Shown: piece after piece, positions 63,120 to 64,000 of the stretch
Layout: every line of letters starts with the position of its first letter
How positions within the stretch are numbered: position 1 is the first letter of the stretch
NCBI GenBank assembly: GCA_964187785.1
Contig: OZ076409.1
Coordinates: 62,126,001 to 62,190,000 of the forward strand
Origin: Amphiscolops sp. MND2022
Lineage: Eukaryota
DNA: 64,000 bases
Direction of reading: 5' to 3'
The notes under the pieces: model-generated
The model's input: the letters and a program-made list of their open reading frames with translations, nothing else
Told to the model about the DNA's origin: nothing
Databases searched by the model: none
Made by a program: the position numbers and the translations under genes

Positions 63120-64000
63120 TTTTTCCACAAAGTTTGCCAAGCTCCAAAATTATATCCAAGTTAAAGTGTTTCACTCAAAACATTCAATTGACGTAAAGTT
63201 AAAGTCATGCAATATGTATTTGTAGACATTTTTGGATTTTTTGGTTGACCCAAAGACCCGAAAAATGACAAAAACTGCCATTTTTTTCAATTTTTAGCAT
63301 TTCTATGCAATTTTTGTCAAACCTTCGATAGATTTCGTGGCTTAGAATGTTAAAACTGTTCAAACGGGAAAGCATTCGTGGTTCAAGAGGCTATTTAGTT
63401 GAAATAAATGCAATTTTTATATGAAAAAATGCATCAAATTGAGACCGAGTATGACAAAAGTTCCAGAAGGCAGATGCAGATCTTCGACGTTTTTATGCAA
63501 CTTATATTAAATTTTCGATAGACTGGCTGGTCTAGAAAGCTACAAACGTTCAACAGGGAACAAAAAAATTCGTTGTCCAAGAGGCTTCTTCGAAAAATAA
63601 ATGCGTATGTTATGGAAAAATTTCCCAAATTCGGACGAAATTTGACAAAGTTTAAATTCCAAAAAAACTCAGCTTTTCAACAATTTAAATTGAATTTTGT
63701 CAAATTTTTGAAAGACTTGGCGGCTTAGAATGATGGAATCACCCAAAAAGCAAAATTTAGTTGTCCGAGAGGCTTTTGTGAAGAAGTAAACGCGCTGTTT
63801 CAATTGAAAAAGAGTCAAAATGTTACCGAAAAAGACGCAAACGCCAATTTTTACAGATATTCCACGTTTTTAAGCGACTTTTATATCAAATTTCCAGGAA
63901 ATTTAGTGGATAAGAAGGTTGAACACGTTCGACAACAAAAAAACTCGTTGTCCAAAGAGTTGTTTGGGGAGATAAATGCAGTTTTGTGAAAAAATATTGC
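63120..64000. repeat. Degenerate ~190-bp tandem repeat, same family as 33300-35100
   Basis: Units at ~63310, 63500, 63695, 63880 sharing GTTGTCC(A/G)AGAGGCT and AAATGC; shared head sequence. Confidence 0.75.

Overview
AT-rich, intron-containing eukaryotic (animal-like) DNA that is almost entirely repetitive. It opens with a ~171-bp satellite array (1-10295, resuming 25424-27666) that shows a ~12-monomer higher-order duplication. The only host gene is the 3' two-thirds of a divergent eEF2 (5 exons, 28221-30892). Its 5' exons are not in the window, so the satellite and a 15-kb transposon appear to sit in one >28-kb intron. The main discovery is a family of DNA elements with CATTAC...GTAATG-type terminal inverted repeats and 2-bp target duplications. 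It comprises two giant copies (10296-25423 and 37570-53890), two nested non-autonomous copies (12244-13811, 43929-44379) and an orphan end (62906-63080). Giant element 1 carries a decayed RAG1/Transib-related DDE transposase with a C-terminal BRCT-like domain. Both giants share, in inverted synteny, a divergent gene pair (Tudor-like protein; tentative tyrosine-recombinase-like + SET protein) and a tRNA-like module. Element 2 adds a spliced RING ORF and a possible Ulp1 relic. The right part holds a foldback MITE and an RT-deleted BEL/Pao retrotransposon nested in another LTR-element remnant. All domain calls are by-eye motif recognition; no searches were run.
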